64,000 nt of DNA, from the NCBI GenBank assembly GCA_030550275.1, contig JAUQPR010000003.1, positions 69,571 to 133,570 on the forward strand. Reading direction: 5' to 3'. Position numbers and translations under genes: made by a program. This DNA comes from Bacteroidota bacterium (lineage in GTDB: Bacteria; Bacteroidota; Ignavibacteria; Kapaibacteriales; HRBIN21). Under the pieces are notes generated by a model. It was not told where the DNA came from. It made no database searches and was given only the letters and a program-made list of their open reading frames with translations. The first letter of the stretch is position 1. Every line of letters starts with the position of its first letter. Positions 10,526 through 19,941 of this stretch are shown here, piece after piece.

Positions 10526-11436
10526 TGCTGCATTCGCCGGCGCTTGGACAGATACTGCAGCAGCGCCCGATCGAAGGGCGTCTCGGTGGTCAAGAGAGCG
10601 AAATCCGCCCCGTGCTCTGCACAGCCGTACCGCAGCATCCGCTGATGCTCCGCGACCGCCTCCTGGTATGCCCGACGGATGAAGTAGGGGTGCGTTGCCA
10701 GGCGTTCGCCGGTCTCCACATCGCGGAACTCTGCAGCACTGTCGTAGGCGAAGGAGAGCTCCACCGGATCGAGCACCTGCAGGAGGATTACCTCGTGATG
10801 CTGTCCGCGGAGGCGCCGCACCGCGCGCAGCAGTGGCTCCACAGGCTCGAGGAGATCGCCGATGAGCACCACCAGGCTCCGCCGCCGCAGCCGCTCGGCA
10901 ACCATCTCCAACGCACCCGCACTCTGCGTCTGCCCACTGGGGCGATGCTGCTCCAATGCCCGCACAAGCTCGCCAAAGTAGGAGAACCGGGCGCTGGGAG
11001 GGCGATAGAGCCGAGGCTCTGCGTCGTAGAGCAGAAGCCCAACAGCATCCTTCTGCCGCAGCAGCAGATACCCCAGCGCTGCCGTCAGGACGGCAGCATA
11101 GTCCCATTTTGCCCACACCCCCTGTCCCTGGAATCCCATCGAGGCGCTGCCATCGAGCACCAGCATCACACGCACGTTGGTCTCCTCCTCGAACTGCTTG
11201 ACGTAGAAGCGCTCCGTGCGTGCGTACACGCGCCAATCAATCAGGCGCGGCTCATCCCCGGGTTGGTACTGGCGATGCTCGGCGAACTCAACACTGTAGC
11301 CGTGAAACGGCGACCGATGCAGCCCAACCAGAAAGCCCTCCACTACCGCCCGGGCCCGCAGCTCCAGCGATTGGAGCCGTGCCAGCACCTCCGGTCGCAA
11401 CTGCTCTCGCCACGCTGCGTCCTGCACCAGTGCCAT
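10522..11436 (-). CDS. DUF58 domain protein (vWA-like; usually partnered with MoxR ATPases)
   Basis: DUF58 signature HGYSVEFAEHRQYQPGDEPRLIDWRVYARTERFYVKQFEEE plus vWA-like MLVLDGSASMGF. No MoxR gene is adjacent. Confidence 0.7.
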   Translation of the reverse strand: MALVQDAAWREQLRPEVLARLQSLELRARAVVEGFLVGLHRSPFHGYSVEFAEHRQYQPGDEPRLIDWRVYARTERFYVKQFEEETNVRVMLVLDGSASMGFQGQGVWAKWDYAAVLTAALGYLLLRQKDAVGLLLYDAEPRLYRPPSARFSYFGELVRALEQHRPSGQTQSAGALEMVAERLRRRSLVVLIGDLLEPVEPLLRAVRRLRGQHHEVILLQVLDPVELSFAYDSAAEFRDVETGERLATHPYFIRRAYQEAVAEHQRMLRYGCAEHGADFALLTTETPFDRALLQYLSKRRRMQQ

Positions 11437-11461
11437 CGCCTCAGACCCTCAAACACACCCC

Positions 11462-12667
11462 CTACACCGGCTCCCGGGGCGGCTGCAGCTCCCCAAGGAA
11501 GGGCGTCACATCCTGGAACAGCCCGCGCGTGGACTCCTCATGGATGTAGCGCACGACCGCCTCCAAGGAGCCCGTCTCCCGCCACACGCGGAGCTGCCGG
11601 TCCGCCCCCGTGCCCATCTCCAGGATTTCGTGGATGTACTCGATCTCCTTGCGCGTGCCCAGCTCATCGACGACATCGTCCACAAACTCCAGCAACTCCC
11701 GAATTAGCATGCGTGCCGGGAACTCGCGCTGCTTGCCAAAGTCGATGAGCTTGCCATCAATGCCGTAGCGCACCGCGCGCCATTTGTTCTCCATGATGAG
11801 CGAGCGCCGGTAGACACGGAAGCTCATGTTCTTCTGGTAGAGCGAAAACAGCTTCGCCGCGATTGCCTGGCACAGCGCCGCAATCGCCACCGTCTCATCA
11901 ATGCGCATAGGGAGGTCGCAGATGCGTATCTCCAGGGTCGGGAAGAACGGATGCGGACGAATGTCCCACCAAATCTTCTTGCCGTTGTCAATGCAGCCGG
12001 TGCGGATGAGCAAGCGGACGTAGTTTTCAAACTCCGCCCAACTGCTGAAGAAGTCCGGTAGCGCCGTCCGCGGGAAGCGCTCAAAGAGCTTGGAGCGGTA
12101 GGATTTGAGCCCGGTGTTCATGCCCATCCAGAAGGGCGAATTGGTCGAGAGCGCCAGCACGTGCGGCAGGAAGTAGCGCATCACGTTCATGAGCTGGATC
12201 TGCGTCTCGCGGTTCTCAATACCGATGTGGATGTGCAAGCCAAAGATGAGGAGCGAGCGCGCCAGGATCTGCATGTCCTCCACAATGCCCAGGTAGCGCT
12301 CATCGGGGTAGATCTCCTGCTCCTGCCAGCGGGCAAAGGGATGGGTGCTGGCGGCAGCAATGAGCAGCCCGTTCTGCCGCGCCAGATGCGCCACGATGGA
12401 GCGGATCTTCGTCAGCTCAAAGCGCACCTCCTGAATGGTGCGGCACACGCCCGTACCAATCTCCACAATCGAGGCATGGAGCTCGGGCTTGACATGCTCG
12501 TGCAACAACGTGCGTCCCTGTGAAAGCAGCTCCATCCCGATGTGCGAGCGCAGGTCGAGCGTGTGCGGGTCCAAGACCATGTACTCCTCCTCCACCCCGA
12601 TGGTGAAGCTGGGGCGTTCGTACGGGTCGTACTCCTCGCGATAGGGCACCACCTCTTCCGGACCCAT
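11462..12667 (-). CDS. ybdK: Carboxylate-amine ligase, YbdK / glutamate-cysteine ligase family 2
   Basis: N-terminus FTIGVEEEYMVLDPHTLDL and motifs GLHIHIGIENRE, LALSTNSPFW, IWWDIRPHP match the GCS2/YbdK family. 25-bp gap to the DUF58 start. Confidence 0.8.
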   Translation of the reverse strand: MGPEEVVPYREEYDPYERPSFTIGVEEEYMVLDPHTLDLRSHIGMELLSQGRTLLHEHVKPELHASIVEIGTGVCRTIQEVRFELTKIRSIVAHLARQNGLLIAAASTHPFARWQEQEIYPDERYLGIVEDMQILARSLLIFGLHIHIGIENRETQIQLMNVMRYFLPHVLALSTNSPFWMGMNTGLKSYRSKLFERFPRTALPDFFSSWAEFENYVRLLIRTGCIDNGKKIWWDIRPHPFFPTLEIRICDLPMRIDETVAIAALCQAIAAKLFSLYQKNMSFRVYRRSLIMENKWRAVRYGIDGKLIDFGKQREFPARMLIRELLEFVDDVVDELGTRKEIEYIHEILEMGTGADRQLRVWRETGSLEAVVRYIHEESTRGLFQDVTPFLGELQPPREPV

Positions 12668-12754
12668 GGTGCTTGCCTACGGCTGTGGGCACATTCCGGC
12701 GCGCTCAGACGTCCTTTCCCCACAAAAGTATGCACTTCCCCGTAGATAGCCACA

Positions 12755-13495
12755 ATGGTGTGCTTCTTCGGCGATGTCCACCTGGGCGACGGGAATGGCG
12801 CCGAACAGCGCAGGCGTTGCGAGCTCCTGCTGGAGCTGCTCGCCGCGCTGCCCCGCCGCTGCTCCCATGTGGTGATTCTGGGGGACCTGTTCGACTACTG
12901 GTTCGACTACCGCACGGTCATTCCGCGGGAGTTCTGGCAGGTCGTTGCCGCTCTGGACCGGCTCCAGCGCCAGGGTGTGCGCATTGACTACCTCATGGGG
13001 AACCACGACTTTGGGCATTGGCGCTTCTTTGCCGAGGAACTGGGCATCACTCCGCACCGGGGCGATATCGAGCGGTGCTGGTACGGGAAGCGCTTCTACA
13101 TCGCCCACGGGGACGGGAAGAACCCCAGGGATTGGGGCTACCTCCTGCTGCGCGCACTGTTGCAGAACCGCTACGCTCAGGCGCTCTACCGCTTGCTCCA
13201 TCCCGACCTCGGTATTGGGCTTGCGCGCTGGGCATCACAGCGCAGCCGCATGCACAGCACCGGTTCGCAGGAGCCGCTGGCTAAGGCTCTGGAGGAGTTC
13301 GCCCAGCGCAAGCTCCGTGAAGGCTTCGATGTGGTCGTACTCGGGCACAGCCACGTGCCAGTGCTCAAATCGCTTGGGGCAGGCTGGTATCTCAACCCCG
13401 GCGGCTGGGTCGAGGATACTCCCCGCCTGGGCTGCTTCGACGGAGAGCAGCTCCGGTTGCTCCCCGTGCAGCAATGGATCGCTGCAATTGGCTGA
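12755..13495 (+). CDS. Calcineurin-like metallophosphoesterase, LpxH-like (UDP-2,3-diacylglucosamine diphosphatase family)
   Basis: N-terminus [10 protein letters not shown], then [12 protein letters not shown] and LMGNHDFGH metallophosphoesterase motifs arranged as in LpxH. Confidence 0.55.
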   Translation: MVCFFGDVHLGDGNGAEQRRRCELLLELLAALPRRCSHVVILGDLFDYWFDYRTVIPREFWQVVAALDRLQRQGVRIDYLMGNHDFGHWRFFAEELGITPHRGDIERCWYGKRFYIAHGDGKNPRDWGYLLLRALLQNRYAQALYRLLHPDLGIGLARWASQRSRMHSTGSQEPLAKALEEFAQRKLREGFDVVVLGHSHVPVLKSLGAGWYLNPGGWVEDTPRLGCFDGEQLRLLPVQQWIAAIG

Positions 13496-13560
13496 AACGG
13501 CTCTTCGTCTGCCCTGCCGCCCGAACCACATGTCCCATCAAGCCGCGTCCACCTGTGCGG

Positions 13561-14523
13561 ATGGAGTTCAAGGACTACTACAAAATCCTGGGCGTTGCGC
13601 CCGGCGCCTCGACCGATGAGATCAAGCGCGCCTACCGCAAGCTGGCGATGCAATACCACCCCGACCGCAACCCCGGCAACAAGGAAGCCGAAGAGCGCTT
13701 CAAGGAGATCGCTGAAGCCTACGAGGTGCTCACTGACCCAGAGAAGCGCGCCAAGTACGACCGGCTCTACGCTCAATGGACCGAATTCCAGCGGCGCGGG
13801 GGGCGCCCAGAATCCTTCGACTGGGGTCCCTGGGTCTCCTCCCCAGGCAGCCACGTCCACTTCACCAGCGACATCTTCTCCGAGTTCGAGGATCTCTTCA
13901 GCGGCGGCATGTCCGAGTTCTTCGAGCGCATCTTCGGTGGGTTCGGTGGGCATACCACCACGACCCGCCGCCGTGCCCGCTCTCAGGCGCAGACGGGCAT
14001 CCGCGGTGAGGACTACTCGGCAACGGTGGAGATCACGCTCGAGGAAGCCTTCAGCGGAACCCAGCGCCGGCTCCGTGTTGGGGACCGTACCATCGAGGTC
14101 CGCATCCGCCCCGGCATCCCCGATGGGCACGTCCTCAAGATCCCTGGGCAGGGAGCCCCGGGCTACATGGGTGGACCTCCGGGGGATTTGTACCTGACCG
14201 TCCGCGTCCTTCCCCACGACCGCTTCGAGCGCAAGGGCAACGATTTGTACACCAAGCTCACAGTGGACCTCTACACAGCGCTGTTGGGGGGAAGCTCCTT
14301 TGTGCGCACACTGGATGGGAAGACGCTCCAGGTGCGTATCCCGCCGGAATCGCAGCCGGGCACGCTGCTGCGGCTGCGCGGGCAGGGGATGCCGCATTAT
14401 GACAATCCGCAGCAGCGGGGGGATTTGTACGTCCGGCTCGAAGTCGAACTGCCGCGGAACCTCACGCCCCAGGAGCGCGAGCTGTTCCAGCAATTGGCAC
14501 GCCTGCGCAAGAGCATCTCCTGA
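13561..14523 (+). CDS. cbpA: J-domain chaperone, CbpA-like (DnaJ homolog without zinc finger)
   Basis: ATG at 13561 ([12 protein letters not shown]). J-domain with HPD ([12 protein letters not shown]). No CxxCxGxG zinc-finger repeats. C-terminal DnaJ CTD-like beta domains. Confidence 0.75.
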   Translation: MEFKDYYKILGVAPGASTDEIKRAYRKLAMQYHPDRNPGNKEAEERFKEIAEAYEVLTDPEKRAKYDRLYAQWTEFQRRGGRPESFDWGPWVSSPGSHVHFTSDIFSEFEDLFSGGMSEFFERIFGGFGGHTTTTRRRARSQAQTGIRGEDYSATVEITLEEAFSGTQRRLRVGDRTIEVRIRPGIPDGHVLKIPGQGAPGYMGGPPGDLYLTVRVLPHDRFERKGNDLYTKLTVDLYTALLGGSSFVRTLDGKTLQVRIPPESQPGTLLRLRGQGMPHYDNPQQRGDLYVRLEVELPRNLTPQERELFQQLARLRKSIS

Positions 14524-14525
14524 AG

Positions 14526-15620
14526 ATGACCCAGGTGCGGCTGTGCGGGTTGAGTAAACGCTTCCCACCCGACCGAGTCGCCCTGCACGAGGTGTGGCTA
14601 ACGGTGGAGCCCGGAGAGTTCCTCACCATCGTCGGCGCTTCCGGCAGTGGCAAGAGCACCTTGCTGCGCCTCATTGCTGGCTTGGAATTCCCCAGCAGCG
14701 GCGAGATCTACTTCAACACTGAGCGCGTCACCGAGCTACCGCCGCAGCAGCGCGACGTGGGCATGGTCTTCCAGAACTACGCTCTCTACCCGCATCTGAC
14801 GGTGTTCGAGAACCTCGCCTTCCCGCTGCGCATCCGCCGATGGCGACGCCATGCAATCGCCGAACGCGTCCGCCAAATCGCAGCACTGCTGGGGCTGGAG
14901 GCGGTGTTGGACCGCTATCCTCGGGAGCTCTCTGGAGGGCAGCGTCAGCGTGTTGCCCTGGGGCGCGCGCTGGTGCGCTCCCCCCGCGTCTTCCTCTTCG
15001 ATGAGCCGCTCTCCAATGTGGATGCCCCCCTGCGCGCACAGATGCGCGCGGATTTGCTCTCCCTTCAACGCCAGCTCGGCATTACCGCGCTCTACGTCAC
15101 CCATGACCAGCTCGAAGCGCTCTCGCTGGGCACCCGTGTCGCAGTCCTCTCCGAAGGGCGCCTGCTCCAGGTTGCCCCACCGGAGGAGCTCTACTACTTC
15201 CCCAACAGCCTCACCGTTGCCCGCTTCATTGGTTCCCCGCCGATGAACCTTCTCTCCGGCGTCGTGCAGCAAGGACAGCTCCTGCTGCGCGGTGGGGAAG
15301 CAGCGGTACCCTTGCCGCTTCCGCTGCCGGAGGGCTCGCAGTGGACCTTGGGCATCCGCGCAGAGCTGCTCACCCTGGGGAACACACCGGAGAGCGTTCC
15401 AATAGGCAACGCCATCGTCAAGAGCGTTGAGTACGCTGGGCACGAGACGCTCGTCGCCCTTGAGCATCCGGCTGCGGAGGGAAGCCTCTTCGTACGGCTC
15501 TCGCCCCCGCTGCGCCCTCCATCGTACGGGGAGACTGTCGCGCTGGCGTTGCGCCCGGGTCCGCTCTGTCTGTTCGACCCAGGCAGTGGGCAGCGCCGCT
15601 ACCCTATAGACGCACGGTGA
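14526..15620 (+). CDS. ABC transporter ATP-binding protein, MalK/UgpC/MsiK type (no permease or binding-protein genes adjacent)
   Basis: Walker A GASGSGKST, Q-loop, signature LSGGQRQRVALGRAL, Walker B VFLFDEPLSNVD, and a C-terminal TOBE-like regulatory domain. Confidence 0.8.
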   Translation: MTQVRLCGLSKRFPPDRVALHEVWLTVEPGEFLTIVGASGSGKSTLLRLIAGLEFPSSGEIYFNTERVTELPPQQRDVGMVFQNYALYPHLTVFENLAFPLRIRRWRRHAIAERVRQIAALLGLEAVLDRYPRELSGGQRQRVALGRALVRSPRVFLFDEPLSNVDAPLRAQMRADLLSLQRQLGITALYVTHDQLEALSLGTRVAVLSEGRLLQVAPPEELYYFPNSLTVARFIGSPPMNLLSGVVQQGQLLLRGGEAAVPLPLPLPEGSQWTLGIRAELLTLGNTPESVPIGNAIVKSVEYAGHETLVALEHPAAEGSLFVRLSPPLRPPSYGETVALALRPGPLCLFDPGSGQRRYPIDAR

Positions 15621-18147
15621 ATCCAACGGTCGGCAAAATCGGCAGCATGCGAATGGGGCGGCTCTCGATCGCCAGCGTCTGTGGGTCCACGCGGTACTGG
15701 ATCGCCAGCACGTTCGCGCGGTTGTACACGTTGGCAATATCCAGGTACAGGCTCCACTCCTTCCCCAGCCAATCGGCATACGCCGTCAGCCGGAGGTCCA
15801 GGCGGTGATAATCCGGCAGCCGCGCGCGGTTGAGATTGTCCAATCCGCCGCGATCGGCTTGGAAGACCACCCCACGCCAATCCGTGTCAATGCGAGCAAC
15901 GGGAGCCCCTGTGGAATCGCGCTCCACAACGATTCTGGGCTTGACGCCAACGGGAGCAGTCCAGGGGAAGCCGGTCCCGTAGGTCCAGGTCGCGTTGAGC
16001 TCCAACCAGGAGTTGATGCGCCACCCGGCAACGAAGTTGAAGACGTGGCGGCGGTCGTAGTTGAAGGGATAGCGAACCCCGTCCTGCTGCCGATACGCCC
16101 AAGAGAGGGCATAGGAGATCCAGCCGTACAGGGGGCTACCTTCGCGGTAGAACTTCTGCAGCAGCAGCTCGATTCCGTACGCATCTCCGGTGGCACCGTT
16201 GACCGGGATGATGGTGAGCGAATCCCCGGGCACAGGGACCGGAGGAGTCCAGCTCTGGGGATTTCGCGGATCGGCTTCCGGGCTGCGCAACTGCGTCACC
16301 CAGACCGTCCCGGCAAGCCGCTCCTGTACGATGAGGTTCCAGAAGCGCTTGTAGTAGAGCTCCAGCCGAAGCTGCCATTCCGGTGACACCATTCGCTCCA
16401 CACCCGCCACCCAATGGGCTGCAGCCTCTGCCTGGAGCTGGCGAGCTCGCGGGTGCGTGAAGTCCAGAAAGGTCTGCCGGTCGAACAGCTTCTCATAGCC
16501 CGGTGACTGGTAGTAGATGCCCCATGCGCCGCGCACTGTGGTTACTTCGTCCAGCATGTACGAAAGTGCCATCCGCGGTGCAACGTACCCCCGGCGGATA
16601 AACCCGAAGTAGTCCCACCGCAGTCCGGGCAGCAGCGTGAACCGCCCCAATCGGATGCGGTCCTGCACGTAGAGCGCTGTTCGGAGCGCTCCGGTACCGA
16701 CGGCGTAGCTTTCGGGGAGCTTTGGGATGCGCGGATTGGTCTCGCGCAGCGCCACCAGACGCGGGTCGAGCTTGAGGGAAAAGCCGAGCTCGTTGTCGAT
16801 CCAATCCACTCCAGCGCCAAACTCGATCTGGTGTGCCGGCAGGCTCGTGAGCACATGCTCCCACAGCAACGAGTACTTACGGAACGCAAACTCTCCGCCG
16901 CCCTCGACCGAGAACAGCCGAGGCACCTCTATGCCCAACTGCCGCAGGGAATCCTGCAGGCGGCGGAAGTCCTCCAGTGTTGCATCGCGGCTGCCGAGCA
17001 CAAGCTCGCTGCCGCCCTCGCCCCCAAACTGGTTTCTGCCGTGGTTGTTATACGCCGAAAGCTGCAGCCGAGCACTCCAACTCGGGGCGATCACCCAATC
17101 CCACGTGAACCCGGCAAGCGTGTTGTACGCCTCATCGAACAGACTCACGCTATCGGGGCGCTGCCGCCGTGCTCCGGAGGTGAGCTCGGTATTGTCCCGA
17201 TTGAAGAGCCACAGGGTGCTGAGCCGATGGGTCGAGCTGGGCGCCACCGTGAGCTTGAGCTGGAGGTCCCCGAAATTCGGCAGCGCAACATCCCCATCAA
17301 CCAACCCGGCAGCGCGGACAATCGGACCAGCAATCAGATCGTAGTAGGTCCGCCGCGACGCCAGCAGGTATGAGCCCTGCCAGAACGGCAGCCGCCCCTC
17401 CACGACGACATTGGCATTCACAAGCGTTGCCGAAAGCATGCCGCTGAATGGGCGTTCGCGCTGCCCCTGGCGCACGGTAACGTCCAGCACAGCCGAGAGC
17501 CGATCCCCGTAGCGCGCGGGGAAGCCCCCCAGCGAGAGCTGTACATCCGCAAGCGTCTCCGGATTGTACATCGAGACCAGCCCGTAGAGCCGGTAGGGGT
17601 TGAACACCTCGAAGCCGTCAATGAGAATCAGGTTCTGGTCCGGTGTCGAGCCGCGAATGACCAACTGGGAGGAGAAATCGCTCGTGGCGGTGATTCCGGG
17701 CAGCGTCTGCAGAGCACGCAGGAGGTCCTCCACAGCGCCGGCGCGGTACTTGACCGTCCGAGGTTGTACGAAGACAACACTGGGGCGGGGATCCTCGCGC
17801 GACTGCACTGGCTGTGCCCCGAGGACCTGAATCTCCCGCAGCGAGATCGCCTGCGGGCTCAGCCGCACGGTGAGCCGCTCGACCGCACCCGGGGCAAGCG
17901 ACACCCGCAGCCGTTCGGGACGATACCCGACACCGCGCACCTCCAGCTCGTGCGTTCCCGCCGGAAGCTCAAGCCGAAACCGCCCCTGTGCATCGGCAAC
18001 CGCCCCACGGTTGAGCGTCCGAACCTGCACCGTTGCCCCAGGGATAGGGGAGCCGCTGCTGTCTTGGATTATCCCGACCACCTGCGCTGCTGGCTGTGCA
18101 AGCGCCGTCACCGCACATGCATACACTGCGAGGGCAATACGCCACAT
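15604..18147 (-). CDS. TonB-dependent outer-membrane receptor with N-terminal carboxypeptidase-regulatory-like domain
   Basis: ORF 15604..18354 trimmed to ATG 18147-18145 (MWRIALAVYACAVTALAQ signal). CarbopepD_reg-like VVGIIQDSSGSPIPGATVQV..., plug region (TLPGITATSDFSSQLVIRGSTPDQNLILIDG), C-terminal beta-barrel ending ...GFTVRL. Confidence 0.8.
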   Translation of the reverse strand: MWRIALAVYACAVTALAQPAAQVVGIIQDSSGSPIPGATVQVRTLNRGAVADAQGRFRLELPAGTHELEVRGVGYRPERLRVSLAPGAVERLTVRLSPQAISLREIQVLGAQPVQSREDPRPSVVFVQPRTVKYRAGAVEDLLRALQTLPGITATSDFSSQLVIRGSTPDQNLILIDGFEVFNPYRLYGLVSMYNPETLADVQLSLGGFPARYGDRLSAVLDVTVRQGQRERPFSGMLSATLVNANVVVEGRLPFWQGSYLLASRRTYYDLIAGPIVRAAGLVDGDVALPNFGDLQLKLTVAPSSTHRLSTLWLFNRDNTELTSGARRQRPDSVSLFDEAYNTLAGFTWDWVIAPSWSARLQLSAYNNHGRNQFGGEGGSELVLGSRDATLEDFRRLQDSLRQLGIEVPRLFSVEGGGEFAFRKYSLLWEHVLTSLPAHQIEFGAGVDWIDNELGFSLKLDPRLVALRETNPRIPKLPESYAVGTGALRTALYVQDRIRLGRFTLLPGLRWDYFGFIRRGYVAPRMALSYMLDEVTTVRGAWGIYYQSPGYEKLFDRQTFLDFTHPRARQLQAEAAAHWVAGVERMVSPEWQLRLELYYKRFWNLIVQERLAGTVWVTQLRSPEADPRNPQSWTPPVPVPGDSLTIIPVNGATGDAYGIELLLQKFYREGSPLYGWISYALSWAYRQQDGVRYPFNYDRRHVFNFVAGWRINSWLELNATWTYGTGFPWTAPVGVKPRIVVERDSTGAPVARIDTDWRGVVFQADRGGLDNLNRARLPDYHRLDLRLTAYADWLGKEWSLYLDIANVYNRANVLAIQYRVDPQTLAIESRPIRMLPILPTVGFTVRL

Positions 18148-18202
18148 TCTCCGCCTCCGTCCTTCGCAGAGGACAGAGACGAAAAAGAACCGCACCAAGG
18201 TG

Positions 18203-19054
18203 CTACAGCACTCCACCCCGCAGCGCCAGCCATCCCCACAGCACCGGAGCTGCAAAGAGAAGGCTGTCCACGCGGTCCAGTATACCCCCGTGTCCGGGCA
18301 GGAGAGCGGAGCTGTCTTTGACTCCGGCATCACGCTTGAGCTGGGATTCTGCAAGGTCGCCCAATTGCATCACCGCCCCGATGAGCGCCCCCACACCGAG
18401 CAGCTCCCAGAGCCGGATCTCTGTGAAGACGAGGCTGCCCAGCAGCGGGAACACCAGTGTCGCTGTACTCCAGCATGCAACCGCGCCCTCCCAGGTCTTC
18501 TTCGGGCTACTGCGCGGAGCAAGGGGACGTCGCCCCCAGCGCCGCCCGACTGCATACGCCGCCGTATCCGCCAGCCAAATCACCGCCAGGAGCACAAGCA
18601 CCGTCGCCCCGGGGATCCCATCGGCAACGCTTCCATGTTCCCACACCCGCAGGGCAACGAGTGTTCCCAGCGGAGCCCCAACGTACAGTGCCCCTGCAAG
18701 CGTCGCTGCCGTTGAGAGCAGCGCCATCTCCGGTCCGCGTGCAAGCTCCAATGTCCACACCAGGAGCACCCCCACAAGGACCACCACCCCGAGCACGGCA
18801 AAGTAGTCCATCCATGCGGCTGCCAATATCGGTGGGGCTACCGCCAACAGGCTGATTCCGCCCGGCTGCACCCGCACCCCCTTGCGGGCAGCCAAGGCGC
18901 GGTATTCCCATGCTCCTCCCAGTGCCACCAGAGCAACGAATCCTGCCCATGCCCATCCCCCCAGCACCACCATCGCCACGACGATGGGGATCCCCACGAC
19001 CGCAACCGCTATGCGTTGGGCTAAGGTTTTCCGTGCAGCGTCCGATGTGCTCAT
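18203..19054 (-). CDS. cdsA: Phosphatidate cytidylyltransferase
   Basis: Multi-pass membrane protein with C-terminal CdsA signature (SQLKRDAGVKDSSALLPGHGGILDRVDSLLFAAP). Confidence 0.8.
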   Translation of the reverse strand: MSTSDAARKTLAQRIAVAVVGIPIVVAMVVLGGWAWAGFVALVALGGAWEYRALAARKGVRVQPGGISLLAVAPPILAAAWMDYFAVLGVVVLVGVLLVWTLELARGPEMALLSTAATLAGALYVGAPLGTLVALRVWEHGSVADGIPGATVLVLLAVIWLADTAAYAVGRRWGRRPLAPRSSPKKTWEGAVACWSTATLVFPLLGSLVFTEIRLWELLGVGALIGAVMQLGDLAESQLKRDAGVKDSSALLPGHGGILDRVDSLLFAAPVLWGWLALRGGVL

Positions 19055-19122
19055 ATGCAGTGCAGCGAATGTGCAACCGTGCCTCGAAATTACCGTAGTT
19101 TCGCGCAGCTTGCTCTCTGCAG

Positions 19123-19941
19123 ATGCCGGTTGCCATGGACACGGGCTTGCTCATCCTCGCCTTGCCGCAGGAGCGTCCGCGTGCGGCACTGGAGTTTGCC
19201 GAGCGGATCCGCTCTCGGGATCTCCCCGTCTCTGTGTGGCTTCCAGAGTCTGAGACCGTTCCGTGGTCGCAGGAGCTGGAGCAGTTCCGACGACTCTGCC
19301 CAGTGCTGGTGGGCACAGCGTCGGCACCAGAGCATCCGGTGGAGTTCCTCGTGGACACCTCCCTCCAGCCCTCCTCCGAGCGCCGGGCGCTTCTGCAGCA
19401 GCTTCAGCAGCGCTTCCCACAGGCGCTTTGGCTCCGTTCGGGATTGACCGAAAGCGCAACCGCGTTCGCCCATACCCTGGGGAGCAGCAACGTGGTCGCC
19501 TTCGATGCACTGCCCGGGCTTCTCCGGACGCTGCAACGGATAGAGATTGCGGCGGCACTCAACGCACCCGCCGATGCCCTGTCCAAAGCCCAGGAGCTGT
19601 TTAGCGCGCTCGGCTACGCCGTCGAAGTTGTGGAGGACCGCGTGGGGCTGGTCATTCCGCGCATCCTGGCAATGCTCATCAACGAGGGTGCTTTCGCCGT
19701 GATGGAGCGCGCGGCAACACCGCAGGACATCGACACAGCAATGCGCCTGGGCACGGGCTACCCCAAAGGGGTTCTGGAATGGGGCGATGAGATTGGGCTT
19801 GAGGTCGTGCTGGCAATCCTGGATGCCCTCTACGCCGAGTACCGGCAGGAGCGCTACCGTGCCTGCGTATTGCTGCGGCAGTACGCCCGAGCCCAGCGCT
19901 TGGGACGTCATACCCACCAGGGCTTCTACCGGTATGATTGA
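19123..19941 (+). CDS. 3-hydroxyacyl-CoA dehydrogenase-family protein with a degenerate N-terminal (NAD-binding) domain
   Basis: C-terminal 3HCDH_C-like segment (LVIPRILAMLINEGAFAVMERAATPQDIDTAMRLGTGYPKGVLEWGDEIGLEV). No recognisable GxGxxG Rossmann motif in the N-terminal half. Confidence 0.5.
   Translation: MPVAMDTGLLILALPQERPRAALEFAERIRSRDLPVSVWLPESETVPWSQELEQFRRLCPVLVGTASAPEHPVEFLVDTSLQPSSERRALLQQLQQRFPQALWLRSGLTESATAFAHTLGSSNVVAFDALPGLLRTLQRIEIAAALNAPADALSKAQELFSALGYAVEVVEDRVGLVIPRILAMLINEGAFAVMERAATPQDIDTAMRLGTGYPKGVLEWGDEIGLEVVLAILDALYAEYRQERYRACVLLRQYARAQRLGRHTHQGFYRYD

Noticed and set aside
12700-12754. DnaA-box-like words (tttccccacaaaag, tagccacaa) in the ybdK/lpxH-like divergent promoter
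   Set aside because: Single imperfect matches with insertions relative to the 9-mer. They are not clustered and are expected at this density by chance.
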